The notes below the pieces were generated by a model that saw only the letters and a program-made list of their open reading frames with translations, searched no databases and was not told where the DNA came from. From NCBI GenBank assembly GCA_049521895.1, contig JBEKOJ010000001.1, positions 482,717 through 546,716 of the forward strand: a DNA stretch of 64,000 nucleotides. Reading direction: 5' to 3'. Of this stretch, positions 50,126 to 58,370 are shown one piece after another (the first letter of the stretch is position 1; the number at the start of each line of letters is the position of its first letter). A program made the translations under genes and the position numbers. Origin of the DNA: Candidatus Saccharimonadales bacterium (GTDB lineage Bacteria > Patescibacteriota > Saccharimonadia > Saccharimonadales > UBA10212).

Positions 50126-50629
50126 CTAAGCCGCGTACTGGTTGCCTTTATGCTTAGCCTTGATTTTGCTTAAGCGGGGGATGAATGATTGAGCTGCGCC
50201 CTCCAGCCCCAGGACTTTTAGGGCGCCAACCAGGACATAAAGTTGGTCCAGCTGCCGCTCAGTTGGCTTGGTGGCGTTTTCAGCTTCCTTGAAAAATAGC
50301 TCGACTTTTTCAACCAGCCATTTTTCCTCGCTGGCTCTTAGTTGTTTGGTAACAACCTTTGACTCTGCTGCTGTATGCGGCTTGACCACCTCAAGCGAGC
50401 GGGCAGAGTGGTCGCGCTTAACCAGATGTCCGCGTTTTATAAGATTATTGACGTGCAGGGCCACCGTGGCTACCGAGGTGTATTCCAACCCCTTCATAAT
50501 TTCACGGTAGCTGGGGCTGTAGCCATGTTCAGCTATAAAAGTTTCTATAAAGCCTAGTAGCTCGTGCTGTTTCTTGGTAGGTCGGATAGCCTCCGGATGC
50601 CTATTAATTTTTTCCTCTGTATCTGGCAT
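50126..50629 (-). CDS. LexA-type winged-helix DNA-binding protein without a recognisable S24 protease domain
   Basis: The N-terminus HELLGFIETFIAEHGYSPSYREIMKGLEYTSVATVALHVNNLIKRGHLVK is LexA_DNA_bind-like. The C-terminal ~85 aa is helical, with no Ala-Gly cleavage context or Ser/Lys dyad motif visible. Confidence 0.65.
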   Translation of the reverse strand: MPDTEEKINRHPEAIRPTKKQHELLGFIETFIAEHGYSPSYREIMKGLEYTSVATVALHVNNLIKRGHLVKRDHSARSLEVVKPHTAAESKVVTKQLRASEEKWLVEKVELFFKEAENATKPTERQLDQLYVLVGALKVLGLEGAAQSFIPRLSKIKAKHKGNQYAA

Positions 50630-50843
50630 CAGTGCCGCTCTCCGGAGGCAATTATCAATTTACAATTATATAGCTTCAAGCCAGGCTGGCTTTTATTTTT
50701 AAGGCTGGCCAGCTTGGTTTTGGCATATAATGCTTCCTTATCGGTCACATTATCAATTTTCAATAATTTAGCATTTAGTAATTTCCAGTTGTTAATTGGC
50801 AAATGTAAATTTAATGTGAACTGTGAAATGTAAAGTGCAAAAT

Positions 50844-51341
50844 TCATGTAATGCTCCTGCGGTAAGCGCTGTGGCCGTGAGCCCTGTGAGCTACAACTCG
50901 GGCAACCGTAATCTTAGTTTTGCGCTTGGCCATATGTTCCGGAAATACCCAGAAACGGTACCAAAAATAGTTCCAGCCCGTGAAGAAGGCCGATGAAATA
51001 AATTGGCCAATGGCTGGCGTAATACCAACTTGGCGCAGGCCATAGAGGATAAAGTAATTAAGTACAAAATCCACCAGTGTAATGAAAATGTAGCGGCTGG
51101 TGACCTCGGTCTGATGACCTTTGAGTGCTCGGTTATTAAAAACCCAGTAGCGCTGCAAAGCAAAGTTGACCGACCAGCCTATAACGTTGCTGACGATGGT
51201 CGACCACCACAAACTCCAATGCTGAGCATAATAAAGGTAGTCGAGTAGTACGTAACCCACCCAAAAATAGGCACCGCCACTAATCATGTATTCGATGAAC
51301 TGGATTAAGAGCTTACGCCGGTTTTGCCTGGGTTTTTTCAT
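50844..51341 (-). CDS. GtrA-family membrane protein
   Basis: 165 aa with 4 TM helices: FIEYMISGGAYFWVGY...NFALQRYWVF...WNYFWYRFWVF. Confidence 0.8.
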   Translation of the reverse strand: MKKPRQNRRKLLIQFIEYMISGGAYFWVGYVLLDYLYYAQHWSLWWSTIVSNVIGWSVNFALQRYWVFNNRALKGHQTEVTSRYIFITLVDFVLNYFILYGLRQVGITPAIGQFISSAFFTGWNYFWYRFWVFPEHMAKRKTKITVARVVAHRAHGHSAYRRSIT

Positions 51342-51498
51342 TTAACCGCTTACGCTTGTTCGCTTTTAGTATACCAGTAACTGCTGCACTTGGATGTAGC
51401 GCGAGGAAGAAACGAGTAGCGGAGCAAGATGTATTTTTTAATACATTGAGCGAGTAACGCAGTTTCTGACAAAGCGATGCGCCAGGAGCGGCGGCGCG

Positions 51499-52821
51499 TC
51501 ACCGGCTTCGCCGGTGAGCAGGCCGACGCATTGCAGTAGTTATTGCAGGCGCGCAAGCTACGCCGGCTAATCCCCACCAAAGCAGACTCAGGGTGTCATC
51601 TGCCCAGGCATGTGATACCAAATTAACAAAACTTATGCCGACCAGACTGGCCAGTAAAACCTTGGCTAACGTGCCCTGCCGCAGCAACCAAAGCTGCTTC
51701 GCAGTCAACAGTACTACGGATAGAAAGATAGCCAGGCCAATGACCCCAACCTCTTGGGCAATCTGTAGATAGTAGTCCTCGGCAATGCGCGCGGAGTGAT
51801 TGTTGCGAAAAGACGCTGGCCCGGCCGTACCCGGTCCCCTACCTAGCGGCTGATGCCAGACATCATTTAGCGCGTCCTTAATTGCTGAACCGCGTACTAC
51901 ATTAGAAGACTTAGGCGACATGGAGGATCTACTGGTGTGGAAGAAAATATCCTGCACTGACTGGTCAGACCGCAGCCCATAAATGCTGCCCGCAAACAAT
52001 ACTATCAAGGCCGCTAAGCTGACCACCCACCAGCGCGGTAGATGCTGCCACAGTAACCAAAACAGCACTACGGCGGCCATAGCCGTACCAAGCCAAGCGC
52101 TGCGCGAATAGCTGTAAAACAATAGCACACCTCCAGCCAGCGCAAATAAAATGCAAGTCACGACTTTATGTCTAAGCATAGCCAGCCCGGCTGGTACAAC
52201 CAAAACCAGATACGCCCCCAGTGGGTTGGCGCCACGTAAAGTTGACTGCACCCTAATATAGCGCGAGTTAGCATCAACCGTCTCATAAGGCAGTATTGTT
52301 TTAGGCCCGTAGCCAAAGTGCTTTAAAAAATCATCAGATAGTAGATAATGCTGGGCCAAGCCAAAGGCTATTACTATAGCCGCGGGCCAAAGAACTATTT
52401 TGGGCCACTGCCGGACCAGCAGACTGCTGGTAGCCGCCGCTACCAGGCACACCAGAAAAAATCCAAAAAAGCGTAGGTTTATGCCAAGCGCGTATACCAA
52501 AGCCGCGGAATTTACCCGGTCAGTTTTTAGCGCCCATAATCCCAGCGCTAAATGGATCAAAATATATAACCCGACCAGGCGTACGATTGAAGACCTTGCA
52601 AACCATTGCCTGAGGTTTTTGTCGCGAAGTACCAGCCAAAAAACCAGCGGCAAACTCAATACAATGAGCATTTCTTTCCAGATCCTGAACAGGTCCGGAT
52701 GCCCAAAATTACTGGTTAGCCAAGTAGTCAGTAGCGCGTGGAAAGGCAACAGACAGAGTACGGCTGCTACTATCCAACTAAGTAATCTGGCCGGTTTGGA
52801 GTCCCTTAGATTGGCTTTCAT
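51499..52821 (-). CDS. O-antigen ligase/polymerase-like (Wzy_C) membrane protein
   Basis: 440 aa, polytopic, with LFYSYSRSAWLGTAMA. Confidence 0.7.
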   Translation of the reverse strand: MKANLRDSKPARLLSWIVAAVLCLLPFHALLTTWLTSNFGHPDLFRIWKEMLIVLSLPLVFWLVLRDKNLRQWFARSSIVRLVGLYILIHLALGLWALKTDRVNSAALVYALGINLRFFGFFLVCLVAAATSSLLVRQWPKIVLWPAAIVIAFGLAQHYLLSDDFLKHFGYGPKTILPYETVDANSRYIRVQSTLRGANPLGAYLVLVVPAGLAMLRHKVVTCILFALAGGVLLFYSYSRSAWLGTAMAAVVLFWLLWQHLPRWWVVSLAALIVLFAGSIYGLRSDQSVQDIFFHTSRSSMSPKSSNVVRGSAIKDALNDVWHQPLGRGPGTAGPASFRNNHSARIAEDYYLQIAQEVGVIGLAIFLSVVLLTAKQLWLLRQGTLAKVLLASLVGISFVNLVSHAWADDTLSLLWWGLAGVACAPAITTAMRRPAHRRSR

Positions 52822-52842
52822 AAGTGATACAATCTAGTATAG

Positions 52843-54288
52843 ATGAAATCTAACGGATCTCTACTATACGGCCTATGTTTAATGGTGGGAGATTTTGTAG
52901 CACTGGTGGCGGCTTTTAGCGGCGGCTATATTTTGCGTGTTTCTATAGACCATCGGCCTATAGCCTACTCAGTCCATGCTTCCACCTATTTAGAAATTTT
53001 TTTGTTGCTTTTGCCATTTTGGATCCTATTATTCGCCTTGCTTGGGCTGTATAGCAGTTCCATATACGAAAAACGCTTTACCGAGGCTAGCCGGCTATTC
53101 ATCGGTTCATTTATCGGTTTACTGTCGGTCACCAGTTTAGCTTATTTTGAGCGCCGGGCGATTTTCCCGGCCCACCTGGTACCGGTCTACGCCTTCATCC
53201 TAGCGTTTATATTTTTGTTGATATTTCGTAATTCCGCCCGGGCTATTCGGGTCAAGCTTTTTGACTACGGCATTGGTATTACAAATATATTAATTGTCGG
53301 TAACACCAGAATCGCCCGCGAGCTTGTGGAGTCTTTGGCAAATTACCGGGTTTCCGGCTACCGTATCGTTGGTGTAGTTGGAGCCAAAGAACACACTACC
53401 CGCAACTACCCGCACCTGGCGGTTTTTAAAACTTTTCAGGATGCCGTCGCCAAACTCAAAGTAGATGATATCCATAGCATCGTGCAGACTGAGCTTTATG
53501 CCTCCGGAGAAAGCAACAACGAGATCCTGGAGTTTGCCCAGGCTAACCATATTGCCTACCGCTTCATCCCCGGAAACTCCGAACTGTTTGTCGGCAATAT
53601 TGAAGTTGAGCTGTTCCGCTCCTCGGTTCCGGTCATTGCCGTACATCAAACCGCGTTAATTGGCTGGGGGCGTATTGTTAAACGCCTCACCGACTTGATT
53701 TTGGGCGGACTGATTTTTATCATCACCAGCCCATTTATGCTGCTGATAGCCATAGCTATTAAGCTCTTTGATTTCCGCGGGCCGGTTTTACATAAAGATA
53801 TACGCTTCACGCGCTTTGGCGGCACCATCCAAGTTTATAAGTTCCGCAGCATGAAGCAAACTTATAGCGGCCTGACTCCGGAGGAGGCCTTTACCAAAAT
53901 GGGCAAGCCGGAACTTACAAAACCCTACCGCGAGAACGGGGACTTCTTATTAAATGACCCTCGCATCAGCCGCATTGGACGTTTTTTGCGCCGCACCAGC
54001 CTGGATGAACTGCCCCAGTTCATAAATATTGTTAAAGGGGATATCAGTTTAGTTGGGCCCCGCGCCCTGCAAACCGCAGAGTTGGAAAAACACGCCAATA
54101 AAGATTTAATTTTGTCCGTAAAATCTGGCCTCACCGGTTTAGCCCAGATATCTGGGCGCAAAGAAATCAGCTTTGAAGAACGCCGCAAACTTGATTTGTA
54201 CTACGTACAAAATTGGAGTTTTTGGATGGATATGATGATCATCATCAAAACCATAAGGGTGGTATTCAGTCGCGCTGGGGCCCGCTAG
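52843..54288 (+). CDS. Polyprenyl-phosphate glycosylphosphotransferase (WbaP/EPS priming sugar transferase)
   Basis: KRLTDLILGGLIFIITSPFMLLIAIAIK...YKFRSM...DELPQFINIVKGDISLVGPRA. Confidence 0.9.
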   Translation: MKSNGSLLYGLCLMVGDFVALVAAFSGGYILRVSIDHRPIAYSVHASTYLEIFLLLLPFWILLFALLGLYSSSIYEKRFTEASRLFIGSFIGLLSVTSLAYFERRAIFPAHLVPVYAFILAFIFLLIFRNSARAIRVKLFDYGIGITNILIVGNTRIARELVESLANYRVSGYRIVGVVGAKEHTTRNYPHLAVFKTFQDAVAKLKVDDIHSIVQTELYASGESNNEILEFAQANHIAYRFIPGNSELFVGNIEVELFRSSVPVIAVHQTALIGWGRIVKRLTDLILGGLIFIITSPFMLLIAIAIKLFDFRGPVLHKDIRFTRFGGTIQVYKFRSMKQTYSGLTPEEAFTKMGKPELTKPYRENGDFLLNDPRISRIGRFLRRTSLDELPQFINIVKGDISLVGPRALQTAELEKHANKDLILSVKSGLTGLAQISGRKEISFEERRKLDLYYVQNWSFWMDMMIIIKTIRVVFSRAGAR

Positions 54289-54324
54289 TAGATGGCGGAT
54301 AGTAGGTAGTAGATGGTAGATAGA
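54286..54324. repeat. GTAG-rich word array forming the left flank of the four-helix-bundle cassette
   Basis: TAGTAGATGG occurs at 54286-54295 and 54307-54316, followed by GTAGATAG. Confidence 0.7.
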
Positions 54325-54684
54325 ATAAAATCTTTCGAACAGTTAATAGTTTGGCAAAAGGCCCAAGAACTTGCGGTTTCAATGTATGAGATTACCAAGA
54401 GGTTCCCAGCGAACGAAAAGTTTGCTCTTACAAACCAAGTTCGCAGAGCCGCCAATTCGGTTTCAGCTAATATTGCGGAGGGCTTTGGCCGTCGATCCCC
54501 TAAAGATAAAGTACAATTTTATACGATTGCGTATGGTTCATTACTCGAGGTGAAAAACTATCTGTATCTAGCTGAAAAACTAGGATACATTAACAATGTT
54601 GATAGAGGGAATGCTAATAACACTGTACTTGATGTACAAAAATTAATTAATGCTCTTATTAAATCCATAACTAAAAATGCCTAA
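54313..54684 (+). CDS. Four-helix-bundle protein (23S rRNA intervening-sequence protein family)
   Basis: IKSFEQLIVWQKAQELAVSMYEITKRFPANEKFALTNQVRRAANSVSANIAEGFGR...YGSLLEV. Confidence 0.85.
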   Translation: MVDRIKSFEQLIVWQKAQELAVSMYEITKRFPANEKFALTNQVRRAANSVSANIAEGFGRRSPKDKVQFYTIAYGSLLEVKNYLYLAEKLGYINNVDRGNANNTVLDVQKLINALIKSITKNA

Positions 54685-55930
54685 CTCCCGAACTACGAAC
54701 TACGAACTACGAACTACAACAGCAAGGCCACGCGTGGCTTTGGTGCATGATTGGTTAATAGGCGGCGGCGCCGAGCGGGTGGTTGAGCAACTGCACAAAA
54801 TGTATCCGGAGGCGCCGATCTACACGTCTTGCTGTTCAAACGAGTGGCGCCAGAAATTGGATGGCAAGGTTGTTACCGGTTATCTGCAGCATTGGCCGTT
54901 CTCGCAACTGCGTAAGTTTTTACCGCCGCTGCGCGGCCTATGGTTCTCGCGCCTCAAACTAGACGGTTACGATTTAGTCATCAGCAGCTCGGGTGCCGAA
55001 GCCAAATTCATCAAAACTCGTAGATCGCATATAGAAGATAGTAGATCGGGCAAAACAAAGAGAATATTGTTTAGGAAAACGGCCAAACTCCTACCTACGA
55101 CCTACGACCTACGATCTGCGAAAGCGGTGCACATCTCGTACATCCACGCGCCAACGCATTACTATTGGAGCCGCTACGACGATTACATGCGCCACCCGGG
55201 TTTTGGCAAATTGGACCCGCTGGCCAGACTTGGACTTAAGGTCTTTGTCAGGCCAATGCGCCGCTGGGATTTCCGCGCTGCCCAGCGTCCTGATTATCTA
55301 ATCGCCAACTCAACTTACACCAAAGAGCAAATAGAAAAATATTACGGCCGCGATGCTGTTGTGATCCACCCGCCAGTTGAGACCAAGCGTTTCAAAATAC
55401 TTAACAAGTCAAGTATTTTACGACACGGTTTTGTCATAGCTGGCCGGCAGACTCCATATAAGCGCATGGATCTTGCTGTGCGCGCTTGTAGCCGGCTTAA
55501 ATTACCGCTGCTGGTTTTGGGTGACGGGCCGGAGCACCGTAAATTAAAAAAGCTAGCAGGACGCAGCATTACGTTTATTAAAAATCCATCCGACGAACAG
55601 GTTGCGGACTATTTCAAATCTTCCCTAGCCTTTATTTTCCCGGGGCTTGATGATTTTGGAGTTGTGGCTGTAGAGGCCATGGCCGCTGGTACGCCAGTAA
55701 TTGCCTACGAAGCCGGTGGTGCTTTGGACTATGTCGAACCGGGTAAAACCGGCTTGTTTTTTGAACCCCAAACTGTTGAGGCTTTGGAGAAAGCCCTGCA
55801 AAAATTCAAGCCTGCTAATTTTAATAATTCAGATATTCAAAAAGCTGCGGGCAAATTTTCAGGCACGGTTTTTGCGAATAACTTTCAAAAATATATTAGC
55901 CAAGTCTTTAAGAACCAGCCTTCTGCTTAG
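54677..55930 (+). CDS. Glycosyltransferase family 4 (GT-B)
   Basis: VALVHDWLIGGGAERV...GRQTPYKRMDLAV...EDFGVVAVEAMAAGTPVIAYEAGG. The start is uncertain: ATG 54677 lies in the repeat, and GTG 54734 gives the canonical VALVHDW N-terminus. Confidence 0.85.
   Translation: MPNSRTTNYELRTTTARPRVALVHDWLIGGGAERVVEQLHKMYPEAPIYTSCCSNEWRQKLDGKVVTGYLQHWPFSQLRKFLPPLRGLWFSRLKLDGYDLVISSSGAEAKFIKTRRSHIEDSRSGKTKRILFRKTAKLLPTTYDLRSAKAVHISYIHAPTHYYWSRYDDYMRHPGFGKLDPLARLGLKVFVRPMRRWDFRAAQRPDYLIANSTYTKEQIEKYYGRDAVVIHPPVETKRFKILNKSSILRHGFVIAGRQTPYKRMDLAVRACSRLKLPLLVLGDGPEHRKLKKLAGRSITFIKNPSDEQVADYFKSSLAFIFPGLDDFGVVAVEAMAAGTPVIAYEAGGALDYVEPGKTGLFFEPQTVEALEKALQKFKPANFNNSDIQKAAGKFSGTVFANNFQKYISQVFKNQPSA
54689..54716. 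repeat. Heptamer tandem repeat (CGAACTA)x4 forming the right flank of the cassette
   Basis: Four exact tandem copies. The reverse complement (TAGTTCG)x4 mirrors the GTAG-rich left flank. Confidence 0.85.
55019..55126. repeat. Miniature GTAG/CTAC word-array element inserted in frame in the GT4 CDS
   Basis: GTAGATCG x2 (55020-55027, 55041-55048), an about 45-nt spacer, then (CCTACGA)x3 (55094-55114). It is translated as RRSHIEDSRSGKTKRILFRKTAKLLPTTYDLRSAKA. Confidence 0.6.
55396..55417. repeat. 22-bp palindrome family copy inside the GT4 CDS (AATACTTAAC-AA-GTCAAGTATT)
   Basis: Encodes ILNKSSI and has one arm mismatch. Confidence 0.7.
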
Positions 55931-56395
55931 CTTAGCCCGAGCTTCTTCATAAGACGCCAAATCCTGTTCCAATTTCTCAAGAAGTCCAACTATTTTTTCC
56001 TCGCTATACCCAGGTAAGACGGGCTTGAATTGTTGCCTGGAAAGATAGTCGTACCGCTCGATTACCTGGGGAATCTTAAGGCCTCCTTCACCCAAGAACC
56101 ATTTAGCCATGATGCTTGGCTCATAGTTGGTCGTAGATTCTTTCGGTCGTGGTTTATAAATAAAAAATTGTAGCGACAGGGCTTGGCCATCCTGTTCGGC
56201 CACCGCCAAAGGTTCTGTCTGAAAATTTACATCGCCGATTGCGTCTGGCATTGGGTCAGCATAGGCTCCGATACGTTCAAGTAAGCCATCAAATCTTACC
56301 AGATACTGTTCGTGCCCCGCTGGTATAGATTCGGCTCTTCCAGAGGGGTTGTTAACATCATAAAAATGATCACCTTCGCGGTTGCGTAAACTCAT
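55859..56395 (-). CDS. Hypothetical protein (178 aa)
   Basis: ORF only. Its 3' end overlaps the convergent GT4 gene by 72 nt. Confidence 0.45.
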   Translation of the reverse strand: MSLRNREGDHFYDVNNPSGRAESIPAGHEQYLVRFDGLLERIGAYADPMPDAIGDVNFQTEPLAVAEQDGQALSLQFFIYKPRPKESTTNYEPSIMAKWFLGEGGLKIPQVIERYDYLSRQQFKPVLPGYSEEKIVGLLEKLEQDLASYEEARAKLSRRLVLKDLANIFLKVIRKNRA

Positions 56396-56474
56396 TTATA
56401 TAGCGAACCATAAAATGCCTAAAAAAACAATATATCAGAACAGTAATCATGGAGTAGTTGATATACTAAGACTA

Positions 56475-56669
56475 ATGTGCAATATCCTAGTCACCGGGGG
56501 CTGTGGGTTTATCGGCTCGCATACTGTCGTTGTACTTGTAGGCGCCAGCTACCGTCCAATCATTATTGATAATTTTAGTAATTCTGAAAAATCCGTGCTG
56601 GCGGCAAAAATAAGAAAAGTCTCACGGAGAGATAGGCTAGTTAGCGATCGGAGTAACTGCGATAATTAA
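56475..56669 (+). pseudogene. UDP-glucose 4-epimerase (GalE-type SDR) N-terminal remnant
   Basis: [42 protein letters not shown] has a Rossmann GxxGxxG followed by DNxSNS. Only about 64 codons remain before a stop. Confidence 0.65.
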
Positions 56670-56701
56670 AACCACAGCTTTGCGAGAGTTGTTTCTGACT
56701 C

Positions 56702-57598
56702 TTAGGTTTTAACGGCCACGACTTCCATGATATCGCCGGTATTGAGGGGGACGTTTAATTTATGGAGGCCTGTAACCTTAGCGGCATTCGTGAGCCCTTC
56801 AAAAACTATGGCGGATTTATTTTTAGCTTTACGGTTATAAGTAAGCTGGTGTAAAACAGAGCCAAGATTGCGGTGCACGCCTTTGTGCCGCACCGATATT
56901 ACTTTTATGCCATGCCTTTTAAAAAGCCGCTCTAGGCTTTGGGGCGTAAAGTAGTGCAAGTGTGTCGGTGGATGAATCAAACGCCAGTTGTCTTTGCGCA
57001 GCCTTGGCAATAAGGAGCTGATATCGCCGGTAGTCAGCACTACATGGCCTCCTGGCTTTAACAATGTTGATATCTTGGCGATAAATAACTCTGGATGGGG
57101 CAGATGTTCTATCACGTCCCACATATAAACGGTATCAATGCTCGATTCGGACAGCTTTGCATCCAAAAAGTTCTGTGTCGTCGCATTGACTTTTAATATC
57201 CTGCGGGCAAAATCAACTCCCTCTTGATTAACATCAAAGCCCTTATGTGAGGCTACTTTATCCTTGATGAGGTTTAAGAAATAACCGTAGGCACAGCCTA
57301 TTTCTATCACGCTGGCATTGCGGTCATATGTATCAGATAGCTGTTTCAGGCGTTTCTTGAAATTTTTTTCCAAGGCGGGGCGGTCAGCTATATAGTCAAA
57401 GTACTCTTTGCCAAAAAAATAATCTCTGGCGTAGATTTTTTCTAGTTGTTTAGCGGAGGGAAAGGTCTTGGCGACGGCGTGGCCGCAGCGTCGGCATTGC
57501 AAAAGAGTGCGATAGTTATCCTCGAGTTGCTTGTAACCACAAGCCGGACACTTTTGGAGCTTGTTTGCTGGTTTTACGGGTTTGGCAGACTGGGGCAT
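56702..57598 (-). CDS. Class I SAM-dependent methyltransferase with an N-terminal zinc ribbon
   Basis: CPACGYKQ...CRRCGH followed by VIEIGCAYGYFLN. I take ATG 57598 as the start, 1 nt after the upstream stop. Confidence 0.75.
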   Translation of the reverse strand: MPQSAKPVKPANKLQKCPACGYKQLEDNYRTLLQCRRCGHAVAKTFPSAKQLEKIYARDYFFGKEYFDYIADRPALEKNFKKRLKQLSDTYDRNASVIEIGCAYGYFLNLIKDKVASHKGFDVNQEGVDFARRILKVNATTQNFLDAKLSESSIDTVYMWDVIEHLPHPELFIAKISTLLKPGGHVVLTTGDISSLLPRLRKDNWRLIHPPTHLHYFTPQSLERLFKRHGIKVISVRHKGVHRNLGSVLHQLTYNRKAKNKSAIVFEGLTNAAKVTGLHKLNVPLNTGDIMEVVAVKT

Positions 57599-57599
57599 A

Positions 57600-58370
57600 T
57601 TATGAAAGATATAATATAGTTTCGATAACCGAGGCAGTTTCTTGCCAATTTGCAATGGCTACACAGTCAACGCCCATGACTTTAACGGAATAGTCGTTAC
57701 CGCCTTTGCTCAGCCGGTCGCCAATAAATAAGACATCTTCTTTATTAATACTTAACATGTTAAGTAATTTGGCGATGCCATAGGCTTTGTCTATTCCGGG
57801 CTTGGTGATATCTACAGAGGTGCCGCCACCTACACGAACTTCAAACTCTGGTATAAGTTTAGCGACGTAGTCGCGCAGTTTATATTTTTTTTCGGTAGTT
57901 GGATCCCACTCTGCTTTAAGCCGCACGCCTTCGTCACCCAACTGGGCCACTATATCCTGCCCCAGCGCCGAAAAGGTGATTTGGCTACCACGGTCTTCTA
58001 TAATATCTCCCCAGGTTTTCTTCTCGCGATAGCCAAAATGGTCTATGCCCTGATTAAGGGCTTTAATAATCTTGGCCTTTTGAGGATCAGTGAAATCTTC
58101 GGCGTACTTTTGTGTCCACTTGCCTTTTTCAAATCTGTAATAGCGTGTGCCGGAGGTTGGCATGATATGCAGCTTTTCCAGCTTAGCCGGGTCAGCTTTA
58201 AGGTGCGCCAAAAATTGGCTTTCGAATTGTTCAAATTTACCGCCGCTCATCACGCACACCTGGTACTTTTCCAGCAGGCGGTCAATTAGCTCCGACATGT
58301 GGTCTGTTATCGGTGATTTGCTTGCCGTTAGCGTTCCGTCCAGATCAAAAGCTATGACTTGTCTTTTCAT
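57600..58370 (-). CDS. HAD-IIB hydrolase / phosphomannomutase-like
   Basis: VIAFDLDGTLTASKSPI ... FIGDRLSKGGNDYSV. Confidence 0.7.
   Translation of the reverse strand: MKRQVIAFDLDGTLTASKSPITDHMSELIDRLLEKYQVCVMSGGKFEQFESQFLAHLKADPAKLEKLHIMPTSGTRYYRFEKGKWTQKYAEDFTDPQKAKIIKALNQGIDHFGYREKKTWGDIIEDRGSQITFSALGQDIVAQLGDEGVRLKAEWDPTTEKKYKLRDYVAKLIPEFEVRVGGGTSVDITKPGIDKAYGIAKLLNMLSINKEDVLFIGDRLSKGGNDYSVKVMGVDCVAIANWQETASVIETILYLS
57747..57768. repeat. Palindrome family copy inside the HAD CDS (core TACTTAACATGTTAAGTA)
   Basis: Perfect 18-bp core at 57749-57766, encoding LLNMLS. Confidence 0.7.

Noticed and set aside
50629-50847. 72-aa minus-strand ORF between the GtrA and LexA-like genes
   Set aside because: It lies in an AT-rich repeat and promoter region containing the word array and ATTATCAATTT repeats. 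It has no SD or motif and is probably non-coding.
54689-55114. Possible CRISPR array, suggested by the short tandem repeats (CGAACTA x4, CCTACGA x3)
   Set aside because: The units are 7 nt with no spacers and no cas genes. They are simple heptamer arrays flanking a cassette, not CRISPR repeats.
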